A stretch of 64,000 nt of DNA from Eledone cirrhosa. Its lineage: Eukaryota. The stretch lies in NCBI GenBank assembly GCA_964016885.1, contig OZ024743.1:13826001-13890000 (forward strand), read 5' to 3'. Below are positions 28,802 through 42,364 of the stretch, piece by piece; the first letter of the stretch is position 1, and the number at the start of each line of letters is the position of its first letter. The notes under the pieces are model-generated. The model worked only from the letters and a program-made list of their open reading frames with translations. It ran no database searches and was not told where the DNA came from. The position numbers and the translations under genes are program-made.

Positions 28802-28868
<67 letters not shown>

Positions 28869-28869
<1 letters not shown>

Positions 28870-29085
28870 AATATGTTCGCTCTACGTGGCTGAATACAAT
28901 AAATGTAAGCTGAGTTTTTCGAATATTAATAATTTTTTCTACCTTTGGCTCGAGGCCAGAAATTACCCAGTGCATTACTGGTACTTTACTGGGTAATTGC
29001 TGGCCTTGTGCCAAAAGAAGAAAGATTTATTAATATTCGAAAAACTCACCTTACATTTATTTTATTCAGCCACGTAGAGCTAACT
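28869..29085. repeat. Imperfect ~210-bp palindrome whose centre is a SINE 3' fragment
   Basis: GCTCTACGTGGCTGAATA.../...TATTCAGCCACGTAGAGC arms. Centre contains GGCCAG.AATTACCCAGTGCATTACTGG. Confidence 0.7.
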
Positions 29086-29187
29086 ATTAATAATAACATT
29101 CGATTCGTTTGCAATTATGCAAACAAGTCCCAAAACATGTCAGTAGAATGAACCTTTCATTCGTGCTCTTGTGTTGGCATGTGCATA

Positions 29188-29237
29188 GAACTGCAGACAC
29201 CAATGTTTCTGGGTATCATCCTTCATCAGTACAGCTC
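29188..29237 (-). ncRNA. Type I hammerhead ribozyme (family F)
   Basis: Minus strand: gagctgta CTGATGA aggatgataccca GAAA ca ttgg t GTC tgcagttc. 8-bp stem I. Confidence 0.8.
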
Positions 29238-29619
29238 ACTGTTCACCTGCCAAACTGTCAGAGCTAGTGAAAATATATGCTATTTTCAAAAATACACAGT
29301 GACTGATCGGCCTGATTTGCATATTAGCAGACTGGCTGATCAGTCAGATCTGCATATTACCTGATCAGCCAGATTTGCATATCAGCAAGCTGGCCAGTCA
29401 GTTTCCTGTATACGAGCGATAAATGGCCGGCTTTGCCAAATTCAAATAAAAAAGAAAATGTTCGCTCTACATGGCTGAATACAATACATGTAAAACTGAG
29501 TTTTTCGAATATTTAATAATAACATTCTATTCGTTTGCAAAGATGCAAACAAGGCTCAAATGTATAGCCATTCAGTAGAATAAACCCTTCGTTCTTGCTC
29601 TTGGGTTGGCATCTGAACA

Positions 29620-29669
29620 GAACTGCACACACTAATATTTCTGGACATTACCCTTCATCAGTACAGCTC
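29620..29669 (-). ncRNA. Hammerhead ribozyme (family F), cleavage triplet changed to GUG
   Basis: Direct repeat of 29188-29237: gagctgta CTGATGA ... GAAA ... GTG tgcagttc. Confidence 0.6.
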
Positions 29670-29779
29670 ACTCTTCACCTGCCATACCTTAAGGGCGGCA
29701 GCAAGGTCTTTGGCTTCTGTATTGATGTCGTGGTAGGCCATAGGGTTAGCCTTCTTATATTTAGACCTACCACTTACTC

Positions 29780-30455
29780 TCCCACTAACAACAACAGCAA
29801 TAAGAAAAGAAATCGTAACAATAGACAAACTATCTGGTTCTCTCCTCCATTCTCACTCAACGTTAAAACTAATGTAGGAAACATATTTTTAGCCCTCTTA
29901 GATAAAACACTTTCCCATAGGTCACAACTACCGCTCCATCTTTAACAGACGCAGAGTAAAACTATGGTACTCCTGCGCTAAGAATATGAAGGTGCACATC
30001 ACCAACAGCCCTAAAAGCAGCACCTCACCAGGATACTCTTGCCGAAAGCCTGCAGCTTGTCCTTTTCAACAGCAATGCAACACACCCGCTGTATTTATGA
30101 AGCTGTGGTCACTTCCAACCCACCAAATCAACCACAGGAGGTTAAATCCTATGTGGATATGGCGGAGGGCCGATTTAAGGAACGCTTCCTTAACCCTCAG
30201 TCGACCTTTAGGTACCCAGACAAACCATCATCCACGAACCTCGCGAGCCACGCATGGTCCCTTAAGGACTGAAGTATAAACTACTCCATTCAATGGAAAG
30301 TCCAAGCCATACGTAAGGGGCAATCCGTCTTGTGGACTATGTATTGATGAACGGATAAATATTCTAGGAGATTACGCAATAGCGATTGTCTAGCCTCACG
30401 AAATGAAATCTTCACACGTTGTACACATGTTTGGAAACACCTCTTACATAACTAG
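29780..30455 (+). pseudogene. Decayed Naiad-type PLE C-terminal region (second family)
   Basis: RNRNNRQTIWFSPPFSLNVKTNVG, SCRKPAACPFQQQC, YVDMAEGRFKERF, STNLASHAWSLK, RNEIFTRCTH. Confidence 0.8.
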
Positions 30456-30704
30456 AAAACTCCGGATTGAATAACAACAACATCCTAATTTTCTAATCAA
30501 CTAGAACTACCTTTCAGACTTTCGCAGTTATCTCCCTTACACCCGTCGTTTTGCATTGCTTGGGTGAAGTGATCGTTTCTGCGCATGCACGTTCATACGG
30601 TTGTCCTTCCTATTAAGTATAACCACGACCATTGCGAGCTGCGGATCCGCTAAGGTGAAATAATTGTTCTCGGTATGGTGAACTAACTGTTGTGTTACCA
30701 TTTC

Positions 30705-30767
<63 letters not shown>

Positions 30768-31330
30768 TGGTGTTTCATTTAAATTTGGATATTTTGGAGA
30801 AACTAACAGTTGAAAACATATAGTAAAATATAATTATTTATCACGATGTGATGTCAAGAAGCACAATATATGCTATGGACTTTCATTCCCTGTTCGTTAT
30901 TTTAGAACGATTATTTGTAAATGCTGGTTATAAAACTAATTAAAGCCAATCAAATGTGAGTGTATGCAAAGAAACTTCTCTTTATAACACGAAGAATCTA
31001 AATAATTCATAGTTCTACTAATAGAATCCAACAATTTGTAATAATCACTTTCTATGTAATTTATAATTGTTTTTCCTCATACAAGATAAATTAATATGCT
31101 GTGACAATATAAATTCAACTTTTCATTAAAATATTTAAAATACAATATATTTATTCATGCATTTCATATAGGCAAATATTTCGAAAATAATTTTATTATT
31201 TTACATATAATAAAATTACCTACCTAAATATACACACATGCTCAATCTCACATACTTAAGCACACGCCCAGACGCATGTGCAGGCACAAACACATAGATA
31301 TTCTAACAGACACGTTTATATATATACATA

Positions 31331-31420
<90 letters not shown>

Positions 31421-31609
31421 GGAACAAGTAAGACCCCGACGGCTGAGCTCAAGCCGTTTCGACGGCTAATTCTGTACAGAATTAGCTGTCGAAACGGCTT
31501 GAGCTCAGCCGTCGGGGTCTTACTTGTTCCTATTACCCACTCTACTACCCTAAGTATTGAGTACTTTGGTGCGTTATGGTCCACCTGGTTCCTTACCACA
31601 TTTCCTTCG

Positions 31610-31611
<2 letters not shown>
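31421..31611 (+). mobile_element. Family A fold-back mini-element
   Basis: Palindrome 31421-31530 centred on TCTGTACAGA, plus tail. In (TA)n. Confidence 0.85.
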
Positions 31612-31645
<34 letters not shown>

Positions 31646-32029
31646 ATACTTGGGGAGGGTCATATTTGTGTAATATTGCCAGAATTAATAACAGAACACA
31701 CTTATATATATATGTATATATATATAATATATATATATAATATATATATATAATATATATATGTGTGTGTGTGTGTATGTATGTGTGTGTGTTTGTATGT
31801 GTGTGTGTTTGTGTTTGTGTGTGTGTGTGTGCGTGCATGCGTTTGTGTTTGTTTCTATGTCTCTTCATTTTTCTCTCTAAAATTTGCTCTGTTCAAATTA
31901 TTCTATCACGCATTCCAAATGGCCCTGTCACGACATTTAGATTATAATATTATACATACTTACACTTCTACGCAAACACACACACACACACAGCCACACA
32001 GGCACACACATATATACAGGTACATAGAC

Positions 32030-32139
<110 letters not shown>

Positions 32140-32369
32140 AAACTCGCTCAGAAACACATGCATTCCTATGCATATTTAAAATACCGGAACATTTAAAACA
32201 TTGGATCATTTAGTAACTGAGTACAGAGTACAGGTTGTTAGTGTGTAAACTTTTTCTTGTATAAGTGAAACATTGGTAGTGACTTCGATGTTTCCGCTCG
32301 GTTAATTCATATAGTTATACATATATATGTCTGTTTGTGCATATTTGTATATATGTATTAGAATTTTCT

Positions 32370-32464
32370 AGTAGCAATAATAGTATTATCATTAGAATTA
32401 ATAGCAGCAGCAATAGCAGTTGTAGTAGCACTAGTGGTTGTGGTAGTAGTAGTAGTAGTAGTAA

Positions 32465-32516
<52 letters not shown>

Positions 32517-32532
32517 TGTGGTGGTGGTGGCT

Positions 32533-32567
<35 letters not shown>

Positions 32568-32608
32568 TGTGGTGGTGGTGGCTGTAGTAGTAGTAGTAGT
32601 ATTAGTAT

Positions 32609-32671
<63 letters not shown>

Positions 32672-32680
32672 CAGTAGTCG
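32370..32680. repeat. (AGT)n/(GGT)n microsatellite
   Basis: Direct reading of the sequence. Confidence 0.95.
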
Positions 32681-32806
32681 TTTCATTTACAAGTTTAGCG
32701 TGATCTTGTCAATGTAATGCAATAGCATATATTCAGATAACATGTTATGTCATCTTACTTTTCAATAAACTAGAAGAAATAATATATATATATATATGTG
32801 TGTGTA

Positions 32807-32927
<121 letters not shown>

Positions 32928-33612
32928 ACGTGTGTGTGTTTGTGTGTGTGTATGCGCGCGTGTGTGTGTATGAGCGTGCCTGTGTTTCTGTATAGATTAG
33001 TTGATACGAGAACCGTTAACTCAAACGAAGTTTTCTCTTCGCAAACCACCGCATGGTTTTTACAACCGCTTTTAATTCTCACGATACCTTGTTAGTATGT
33101 TTTCATATTATCTTTAATGTTAACATCTTCCAAGTAGTTTATCATTTATTTAAATAAAATTATTTCAGTGAACCGTATGATGTTTTATTTTCGATTTCAA
33201 AATAATACATTTTTTCGTGAAATTCGGATATATTTGGTTTTCATTTATACAATAACGGATGGAGTTTATCGAAACATGTCTAACTCAACAGCAGCACCAT
33301 CATAGTTTGTCTTGTACCATATTAGAATCAATAGTTTCGTGACGAAATCCTTTTTAAAAGCGTCAGAAGCGACGCAAACCATTATTTTTGCGAACCATTT
33401 CATGAAGTGTTAATTATATTCAATTACAAAGATTCCATTTTTTGTATATAGTATATATATATATGTAACAGTAACAGATGCATACATAAATACATATATA
33501 CATGCAGGTGAATATATATATATATATGTGTGTGCGTGCGTGTGTGTGCGTGTGCGTATGTCCGTGTGTGCATGTGTGCGTGTGTTTGCGCGCGTGTCTG
33601 TGTGTGTGTGTT

Positions 33613-33670
<58 letters not shown>

Positions 33671-33858
33671 TAATACATTTGAAGACTAAAATCCAAAGAG
33701 GGCTCGATAAGGATAAACATATATCAAATATATAAGCACCGTAGAGCAAATATTTAAACAAGTGACCGGGCAACGATGATATGTTCTTGACGCCTTCGCC
33801 CGTTCACTACAACGTGACTATTATGTAAGAAGCTGTCTTATTATGTAAGAATCTGTTA

Positions 33859-33917
<59 letters not shown>

Positions 33918-33919
<2 letters not shown>

Positions 33920-34200
33920 TGGTACGATAAACACTGATGCAATTCAATTCAAGCACTCAAAGTACTTCTTCCACATAGGAATGACGGAGTATATTTAGAA
34001 TAAGGAAATACGAAGTAGCTTCAAATAATAAGGAGGTGATACATATTTCGATGACGACAGTGGCCATGACATTCTGGGTACCCAGTGCCATGATCTCATC
34101 AGGCACCTTCTTACATAATAATGTTACGTTGTAGTGAACGCGTTGTAGTGAAGGTGTCAATACTATCATCGTTGTCCGGTCTCTTGTTTCAATTTGGATT
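33918..34200 (-). mobile_element. HHR-bearing PLE-like terminus; partial inverted copy at ~33757-33830
   Basis: Minus strand has an HHR followed by ATATACTCC...TTTGAGTGC tail. Confidence 0.6.
34032..34110 (-). ncRNA. Probable type I hammerhead ribozyme
   Basis: Minus strand: gaaggtgc CTGATGA gatcatggca..tgtcatg..atc GAAA tatgtatcacctcc. Register of stems I and III is ambiguous. Confidence 0.55.
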
Positions 34201-34272
34201 GCCTCTGGAACGTAACCTTAACATCTGAAACTACTTCGCATTTTCTTATTTTATATATATATATATATATAT

Positions 34273-34375
34273 AACGAAGGAAGTGTGGTAATGAACCAGG
34301 TGGACCATAAGGCACTAGTGGGTTAGTTCATATCTAATGGCCGGAGCTCAGCCGTCGTGGTCCTGGCTCTTTTCC
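34273..34375 (-). mobile_element. Family A mini-element, internally deleted or diverged
   Basis: AACGAAGGAAGTGTGGTAA.GAACCAGGTGGACCATAA and GAGCTCAGCCGTCG. Confidence 0.7.
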
Positions 34376-34395
34376 TATATATATATATATATATA

Positions 34396-34572
34396 TTAGA
34401 AAGTGAGTTTTTTTTTACAAAATGAAATATAACCGAGGTGTCCTACACGAGTGAAAGTATAAAGAAAAAGAGATGAAATCGAAAATGCAACTGGGGTCTT
34501 ATTTAAAAAATATATATATTCAAAAAAAAAATAAGTCTCCAGTTGCATTTTCGATTTCATCTCTTTTTCTAT
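34396..34572 (-). repeat. Palindrome (~34459-34572) plus left tail
   Basis: AGAAAAAGAGATGAAATCGAAAATGCAACTGG / CCAGTTGCATTTTCGATTTCATCTCTTTTTCT. Confidence 0.7.
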
Positions 34573-34591
34573 ATATATATATATATATATA

Positions 34592-34772
34592 CATAATTAC
34601 AACAGTGACATAAGTAGGTACTCAAGTTTCATTGGGTTCTGAAGAAATTGGCGCCCAGACCCAACGAAACTTGAGTACGTGTTTACGTCACTGTTGTACT
34701 TATTTATACTAAACTCGTCCTATGGACTGAGTGTTCTTACTCTTGGATATTTCCACTTAACTTTTACTTCAG
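34592..34772 (+). mobile_element. Fold-back mini-element with HHR 3' half and hairpin tail
   Basis: Imperfect palindrome 34592-34708 containing GAAACTTGAGTA. Tail AAACTCGTCCTATGGACTGAGTG. Confidence 0.65.
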
Positions 34773-34815
34773 TATATATATATATGTGTGTATCGGTGTG
34801 GGTGCGTGTGTGTGT

Positions 34816-34874
<59 letters not shown>

Positions 34875-35694
34875 GCTGTGATTGATTATGTATGTGTGTG
34901 TATATATATATACACACACATACATAATATATACAGAGAGAAAGAAAAAACGAGCCGTTAGAGGAAAACATATAATATGCTGTACTTATATATAAAGCAT
35001 ATTATATTTAGGAAAGTGTACATAATTTATGGTGGAAAATTCTTATTTTCCTTACGTTACCCTTTCATAATTCTTAAACCGAATCAAAAATTGATCTAAG
35101 CAATTACCAATTACCAATCATGTTTCTCTCTCTATATATATACATACGTCTTTTAATTTGAAGTATTCATGCTCTGGAAAAATGCCCATTGAGATGTTCT
35201 ACTGAGAAACATAACCACCATACATATATATCTTATGATACAATGATTTAGTATATATCTGCTCAATTTTTTTTAATTTGGCGAGCTACGTATACTGTGA
35301 CTATTTCTTCGCAAGTCTTTCTAGCAGATAAGACATCCAATGCTAATTGTATCTACTGCCACAGTTAAAACGTTCTTCACACCACGAGTTATAGTTTTAA
35401 CTATTTCTCCGAAGACAACAGATATAAAGGTAGTTTTGTACTTTATCGGAACTTATACGAATACGATTTTCTCTTTTAGTTAGATTCGCGTCTTCCGTAG
35501 ATCCTCAAAAATCGATAGTTAGTAATTGATTACTTAGATACATATTTGCTTCCGTTTACGAATTATGAAACGGTAACCGTTAGGGAAATAAAAAGGAAAC
35601 GTCCTACCTTAAATTATGTACTACTTTCTAAATATTATATGATTTCTATTCATGTACAAAATAATACGTTCCTCTAAAGATATATGACACTTTC

Positions 35695-36850
35695 TCTATC
35701 TGTGTAGTAGATATAGGAAGGGGACAGTTTAGTGTAAATTAATATAGAGAGGGCTATTCTAAGGGAATTCCGTGTAGTAGATATACATAGGGGAGAGTTT
35801 GGTGTAAATTGATATATAATGTTTGGTGTTAATGAATGGAGTGGGAGGATTGATACAGATTGGTATTAATTGATATAGAGAGGCGGAGAGTTTGGTGTAA
35901 ATTGATATAGAGAGGGGGAGAGTTTGGAGGTAAATGCTCTACAGAGGGGCGTTGGAAGAGAGCACCGCGCTGTAAAGGTAGAGAGGGCGGGAGTTTGCTG
36001 TACATTAATGTAGAGAGGGAATTGAAAGAGAGTTCCATGTAGTAGGTATAGAGAGGGGGCAAGTTTGGTGTTAATTGATATAGAAAGGGTTATTGAGAGA
36101 GAGTGTTGTATGGTTGATTTAGAGAAGGGGAGAGTTTGGTCGTAATGAATTGCGTGGAACTTTTGATATAGGTATTGATAGATGTAGTGGGGGTGGGAGA
36201 TTTTGGTAGTGATGGATAGAGTGAAAAGGAATGAGAAAGAGTGTTGTATGGTAGATAAGGAGAAGGGGATAGTTTGGTGGTAACTGATATAGTGAGGGGT
36301 TTGTGTGATTGCGTTGTATCTTAGATATAGAGAGGAGAGAGATTGATGTTTATTGATATAAAGAGTGGGATAGGAAGAGAGTACCGTGTTGTAAATTTAG
36401 AGAGCGGGAGAGTTTAGTACTAATTGATATATAGAGAGGTGTATTAGAAGAGAGTACTATGTAGTGGATATAGAGAGGGGGAGAGTTTGAGGTTAATTGA
36501 TATAGAGAGGGGGATTCCAAGAAGTGGTGTTTCGTTGATGTAGGGAGGGAGAGTGTAAGGTGGTAATACATAAAGTGAGATAATTGATAGAGATAAGTAT
36601 TGTTAGATATAGAGAGGGGGAATTTGGTTGTTGTAGAGTGTTAATGGGGAAGTGCCACGTAGTAGATATAGAGAGGTAGAAAGTTTAAAGGTGATTGATA
36701 TAGAGTGGGGGATTGGGAGAGATAAGTGTAGATATTCACAGAGAAGAAGGAGTTTATTAGTCTTAGATAGAGAGAAAGGGGGAAATTTTTGTTTTAGTAG
36801 ATACAGAGAGGGGATTAAAAGAGTACTTTTGTGATATACATAGAGAGGAT
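35695..36850. repeat. Degenerate purine-rich tandem array (minisatellite)
   Basis: Recurrent GTAG-ATATAGAGAGGGGGAGAGTTTGGTGT.AATTGATATAGAGAG motif, unit very roughly 80 bp. Confidence 0.75.
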
Positions 36851-37163
36851 GTGGCACTCTCGGGTTCCGAAAGTTTGTAACGAAGTATTTTAAATATTCA
36901 TTAATTATTGCTAAGTGATGAACCTCGGCGCTCTGGATTCTCACCTGGGTACTCACAGGATCATGAGACAAGAGTGGTGTTCCTGTGATTGCGCAGGTGG
37001 AATGACAGAGTAACACATATCACCAGTAGTCATAATAAATTAATATATATCTATATGTATATATATATACTAGGTGAATAATTTAGGTATACCAGTTTCT
37101 TAACAAATGCGAAGAAGCTCAATATATTAACCCCCCATGTTCAAGTACAGAGCCAAGTACTTT

Positions 37164-37215
<52 letters not shown>

Positions 37216-37220
37216 ATGTG

Positions 37221-37306
<86 letters not shown>

Positions 37307-38665
37307 GAGATTTGTTACTGTAAAGTTTTATCTTTTTTTCCTATTCCCACGTTCGCTCTCCCCTTCTTTTTGAGAGCGAGGAAAAAGGTTTTATTTCTCC
37401 ATTTTTGTTCTTTACAATCTGTATCCATCTGTGTCTCTTCCAAGGGTGCTTGTACTGCTGCTGTTGGTGATGGTAGTGCTTTTGCTGTTGCTGTTTCTGC
37501 TGTAATCTTCTCACCTACTATCTTTCCTTTCATTGGCGCTTCAGGTCTTGTTCGGTTTTCAGTCGCTGGCGCATTAGTTGTTGTATTTGCTGCATTTGTT
37601 GCATACTTTTGTTGTTGATGCTACTGTATATGTTGGGGTGTTAGTAGTATTGGTACCTCTGGTTTTCTGATTTTACGCGCAGGAGGCTTTCTATATTTAT
37701 TCGTATGTCTACTCCATTGGACAATATTGTATTAATAATAACTATAGAAGAAACGATGATATTAATGATGAAGTTAAGGATGAATATGTAGAAAATGATA
37801 ATGATGATGAAGATGATGAAGTTGATGACGATGAGGAAAATTAAATGAATATTGATTATAATGATGAGGATGGTATTGAAAATATTGTGTGTTAAGGGAG
37901 CTTGTTATGTTACAGAAGCAATGCCTAACAAATATCTTAATAAATACGTTCAAATAATCTGTATGTGTATACATTACGCGATAAGCAAATTGTAAACACA
38001 CACAAAACGGATTAAGATAAAAAAATAAAAATCAATTGATATAAGAGATAAGGCTATGTTTTGTTTAGCCGTTATTGCTATAGAAATTCTGATAGTAATC
38101 AGTAATCACAAAAATATTATAACTTCTCTCGCCTAAAATCATACAATCCACACCTAATTACCGCTGGCTATCGTTCCTAGATTATACCAGCGAAGTTAGA
38201 TTTAATGTAAAATGATATCGATTAGCTGGTCAATATATTACTAACATTCCCAGGGGTACCAAATGTACAATTATCTATATTTGATGAATTAAGTCAACTG
38301 TATTAATTAAGATAAAATAAAAACAACCCACACATTTACCAACTTAAAATGGGCAACGTGATTAAGGAATACACTGTTGGAATGGCTACGTTAATAGCCG
38401 ATGTCTAATGATTTGTAAGGATACGCTCTTGAGTGTTCACAAAAAAAAATCAGATAAACGAAATTGAATATCTTCGTAAAGTTATGCAGCCGCAAACAAC
38501 GCTTATAACCAAAGGCACAATTACTTACATACACATACGCCAGGAAATTATCTCTCTCATTCTCTCTCACTCACTCTCTCTGTATATATATATATATATA
38601 TGTGTGTGTGTGGGTGTGTGTGTGTGTATATATATATACACACACACACATATATGTATATATAT

Positions 38666-38700
<35 letters not shown>

Positions 38701-38711
38701 CACACACACAC

Positions 38712-39096
<385 letters not shown>

Positions 39097-39928
39097 GTAT
39101 ATGTATATATATATATACAATTTAGAAGTTTACATACACATAAACTAGACAGAGCCATATATATATACACACGCACATATATATATATGAACTGCTATTT
39201 CTAATAGCCATCTTTTCACCCCTTGATAATTTGTGTGTGAGACACGTTGGCCAGAGCTTCTGACAGGAACTAATATATTGATTCTTTTTAGCTTCCCGTC
39301 CCCACGTAAAATTTGTAAATCAGGGCTAGTTGAGAGATAGAGTCCTATCGGTTGCCAGTTAATCGCTTTACCGTGTCGGTTGTCACAAACAGTCATGACC
39401 GGCACGGGCCGATGGTTGGATTATGTCGATCGATTGGTTATTGATTAGGCGATACCCGCTGATGGAGCCGCATAAGCCGATTGTGTATTGTTGCATAATA
39501 AATGCAGACAGATGGTGCAGTGCACCTTACTGCTGCATTAGTGCTGCAGAAACTCGAGTCCGGGAACCTTATAGGCACCCGTTTTACGTGTGTTGTGTTG
39601 AGGCAAATAACCATGTGTATACTCTGGTAATGTATCTTACATTGCCCATTGAATTCGCTGAGATACAACCGGTACTGGCATTGATAAATATGGTAGGTCC
39701 GTCATCACTTAATATTATTATTATATATATATATATACGGATTGGACACTACCGTAAACTCTTGGTAGATTTATCTACATAATTTGCTCCTATTTTCACG
39801 GAAATATTCGTATTTTTGTACTGTGTGTGTGTTAATTTTATATTTATGTATATACATATATATGTATGATTTTATAACCCCATATACATTTAGTTGAGCT
39901 CTTTCTATTGTCCATTATCCATATCACA

Positions 39929-42364
39929 ATGGAAAAACAATACTTGGGAACCTCTTTAAAGAATATACCAGTACATTCTAAGGATGACTTCTTACTCCTT
40001 ATGATACAGAAAACTAACCAATTTATCAGAAGAGTTAGATGGAGGGCCTACCACTTCGATAAAAAATCTAAATATGCAGATAGGAAATATATGTATGATT
40101 TCAATACTTACAAGAATCCACCACACAACTCTCTACTTGAAGACTTTGAGAAAGACCTTTTTAATTTAATTAAACACCTCAAATTTAAGAAGTATAAATC
40201 TGTCTTTCAAAAGGACCTTGATTCTACCCTATTGGACCTAAAAAAGTCTAAAAAAATCCATGTCCACTCGGACAAAACTGGAAACTTGTATCACATGAAT
40301 ATTGAAGATTATAATGAGTTCATATATAAAGAACTCAGGAAAAATTATAAAAAGTCTAATAATGCGTCACTCACCAACATCAACAACAAAACACACAACA
40401 TAGTAAAAAAACTAAACATTGAAGATAGAACTGAACCTTTGGCATTGAAAAGACCACACTTCAACCCGAAGGATCATAAATCAAACTTTAACTCAAATCC
40501 TTCTATAAGACTTATTTGTCCCTCCAAATCTGATATTGGAATAATTAGCAAAAAAATTTTTGATAGAGTCATCCCACAAATAAGAAAACATGTTAATTTA
40601 CTACTCTGGGAAAACACTTCCCAGGTAATTAACTGGTTTAAAAATATTAGATGTAAATCTTCTGCTTCATTTCTACAATTTGATATAGATAATTACTACT
40701 CTTCTATATCACCTATACTCCTGAACAAAGCTTTGATATTTGCTAAAAATAGATCTAACTTAACTTTGGATGACATTAATATTATTACACATGCTAGACT
40801 AACACTTATTGAATTTCAGAATGAATACTGGACCAGAAACACATATAGTAATCTATTTGATATTACTATGGGTTCAAGCGATTCTGCCCAAATTACTGAT
40901 CTTGTGGGCCTCTTTCTTCTTTTCAACATAAATGCTTCCTTTCCCCACCTTAAAGGTGGTTTATATCGTGATGACTGTCTTCTTCTTTCCAGCAACCTTA
41001 GCCTCTCAGAAATAGAAAAAAACGAAAAGCTTATTAGACCTTTCCTTAAAGACTATTATAGTCTTCATATTACTTTTGAAAACACAAGTAAAGTAGTTAA
41101 TTTCCTAGATATAACTTTAGACTTAGCTACGGATATCTACCAACCTTACCATAAACCCAACCAAAACTTACACTACATACACTCACAATCTAATCACCCT
41201 AAATCTATCCTTAAAAACCTTGCATATAATATATCACTTAGAATTTCTAACCTTTCGTCTAACCAAGATGTATTTGATAAAAATGCGACCTTCTATAACG
41301 AAGCTCTAGATAGAAGTGGCCACAAAAATAGATTAGAATATATACCTTCTACTAAGAATACTATAAACATACAACCTAATATTACCAACAAACACCACAT
41401 GAAAAGTACACACCTAAATGCCACCCACACTATACCCCAAAATACCAACAACTCCTCTAATATAAAGTACAGTAACTCTCAAAAAACTACTCATCATACA
41501 ACTCTAATAAATGTTAATAATAAAACTCCTAATAAACAACATAAAACACCTAAATCAATAAATCTAACTAAAAATGTGAGTGGTGAGGTCATTAACATTA
41601 ATCCTCCTAGTAAACATCACGATACAACCTATAAAAATAATAAACAACATAGAAACCGTAATAGACGAGTTACTTGGTATAATGTTCCATTTAATTTACA
41701 AATTAAGGATAATATTGCTAAAAAAATTTTTTATATCCTAGAGAAAAACTTCCCGTCAAACCACAAATACCATCAAATCTTAAATAGGTCAACAGTTAAA
41801 TTCTCATACTCAACAACCAAAAACATAAAACAAAATATAAGTACCTATAATGCATATAAATGTAAAAATACCATAAGTATACCACCAATACATCAAACTA
41901 ACCATAATATCTCCTCAAATACAGAATTAACGAAAGGTTGTAACTGTAGAAACAAAGCAAACTGCCCATTAAAAGGAAATTGTCTTGTTAACAACATAGT
42001 TTATAAATGTAAAGTTAAAACTAAAGATTCTATTTGCTCATATATAGGAGCTACTTCTAACAATTTTAAGGTAAGGTTTAATACCCACAAACATAGTTTT
42101 AAAAATGCCGCACTGGCTAATACAACATCTCTAGCAGAAAAAATTAATAGTTATAGAAATAAGAATATAGAATATGATATGACCTGGAGTGTGCTCAAAA
42201 GAGCCACCCCTTATCAAAATAATAGAAATGAATGTAGATTATGTTCCCAAGAACTATTTAAAATAATGAAATCTAAGGATATCCTATTAAATAAGCGACA
42301 GGAATTAATTATATCGTGTAATCATAAACTGAGAAAAACATTTAAATATTATAAACCTAATTAA
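39929..42364 (+). CDS. PLE (Naiad-type) reverse transcriptase with C-terminal GIY-YIG endonuclease, ~811 aa
   Basis: Uninterrupted ORF from ATG 39929. SLKNIP, DKT, KDHK, FDIDNYY, TMG, YRDD, VNFLDI, SNHP, CNCRNKANCPLKGNC, IVY..YIG..FKVRF..H, CRLC..E, LLNKRQEL..C.H. Confidence 0.93.
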   Translation: MEKQYLGTSLKNIPVHSKDDFLLLMIQKTNQFIRRVRWRAYHFDKKSKYADRKYMYDFNTYKNPPHNSLLEDFEKDLFNLIKHLKFKKYKSVFQKDLDSTLLDLKKSKKIHVHSDKTGNLYHMNIEDYNEFIYKELRKNYKKSNNASLTNINNKTHNIVKKLNIEDRTEPLALKRPHFNPKDHKSNFNSNPSIRLICPSKSDIGIISKKIFDRVIPQIRKHVNLLLWENTSQVINWFKNIRCKSSASFLQFDIDNYYSSISPILLNKALIFAKNRSNLTLDDINIITHARLTLIEFQNEYWTRNTYSNLFDITMGSSDSAQITDLVGLFLLFNINASFPHLKGGLYRDDCLLLSSNLSLSEIEKNEKLIRPFLKDYYSLHITFENTSKVVNFLDITLDLATDIYQPYHKPNQNLHYIHSQSNHPKSILKNLAYNISLRISNLSSNQDVFDKNATFYNEALDRSGHKNRLEYIPSTKNTINIQPNITNKHHMKSTHLNATHTIPQNTNNSSNIKYSNSQKTTHHTTLINVNNKTPNKQHKTPKSINLTKNVSGEVININPPSKHHDTTYKNNKQHRNRNRRVTWYNVPFNLQIKDNIAKKIFYILEKNFPSNHKYHQILNRSTVKFSYSTTKNIKQNISTYNAYKCKNTISIPPIHQTNHNISSNTELTKGCNCRNKANCPLKGNCLVNNIVYKCKVKTKDSICSYIGATSNNFKVRFNTHKHSFKNAALANTTSLAEKINSYRNKNIEYDMTWSVLKRATPYQNNRNECRLCSQELFKIMKSKDILLNKRQELIISCNHKLRKTFKYYKPN

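Larger units (their letters stand above)
26443..28805 (+). mobile_element. 5'-truncated Naiad-type PLE with inverted pLTR
   Basis: 26443-27092 is an inverted copy of the element 3' end (matches ~28320-28800 and 45120-45257). 27095-27907 encodes a broken CNCRNKRNCPLKGNC + YIG GIY-YIG domain close to the 39.9 kb ORF. Confidence 0.88.

Noticed and set aside
37315-37720. Ala/Thr-rich minus-strand ORF as a host gene
   Set aside because: Short, stop-interrupted and low complexity. More likely a LINE ORF1 relic, but unsupported.
39929-42364. Selenoprotein-type Naiad (in-frame UGA plus SECIS)
   Set aside because: The ORF has no in-frame TGA and the conserved Cys codons are TGT/TGC. I found no convincing SECIS, including in the long HHR stem II.
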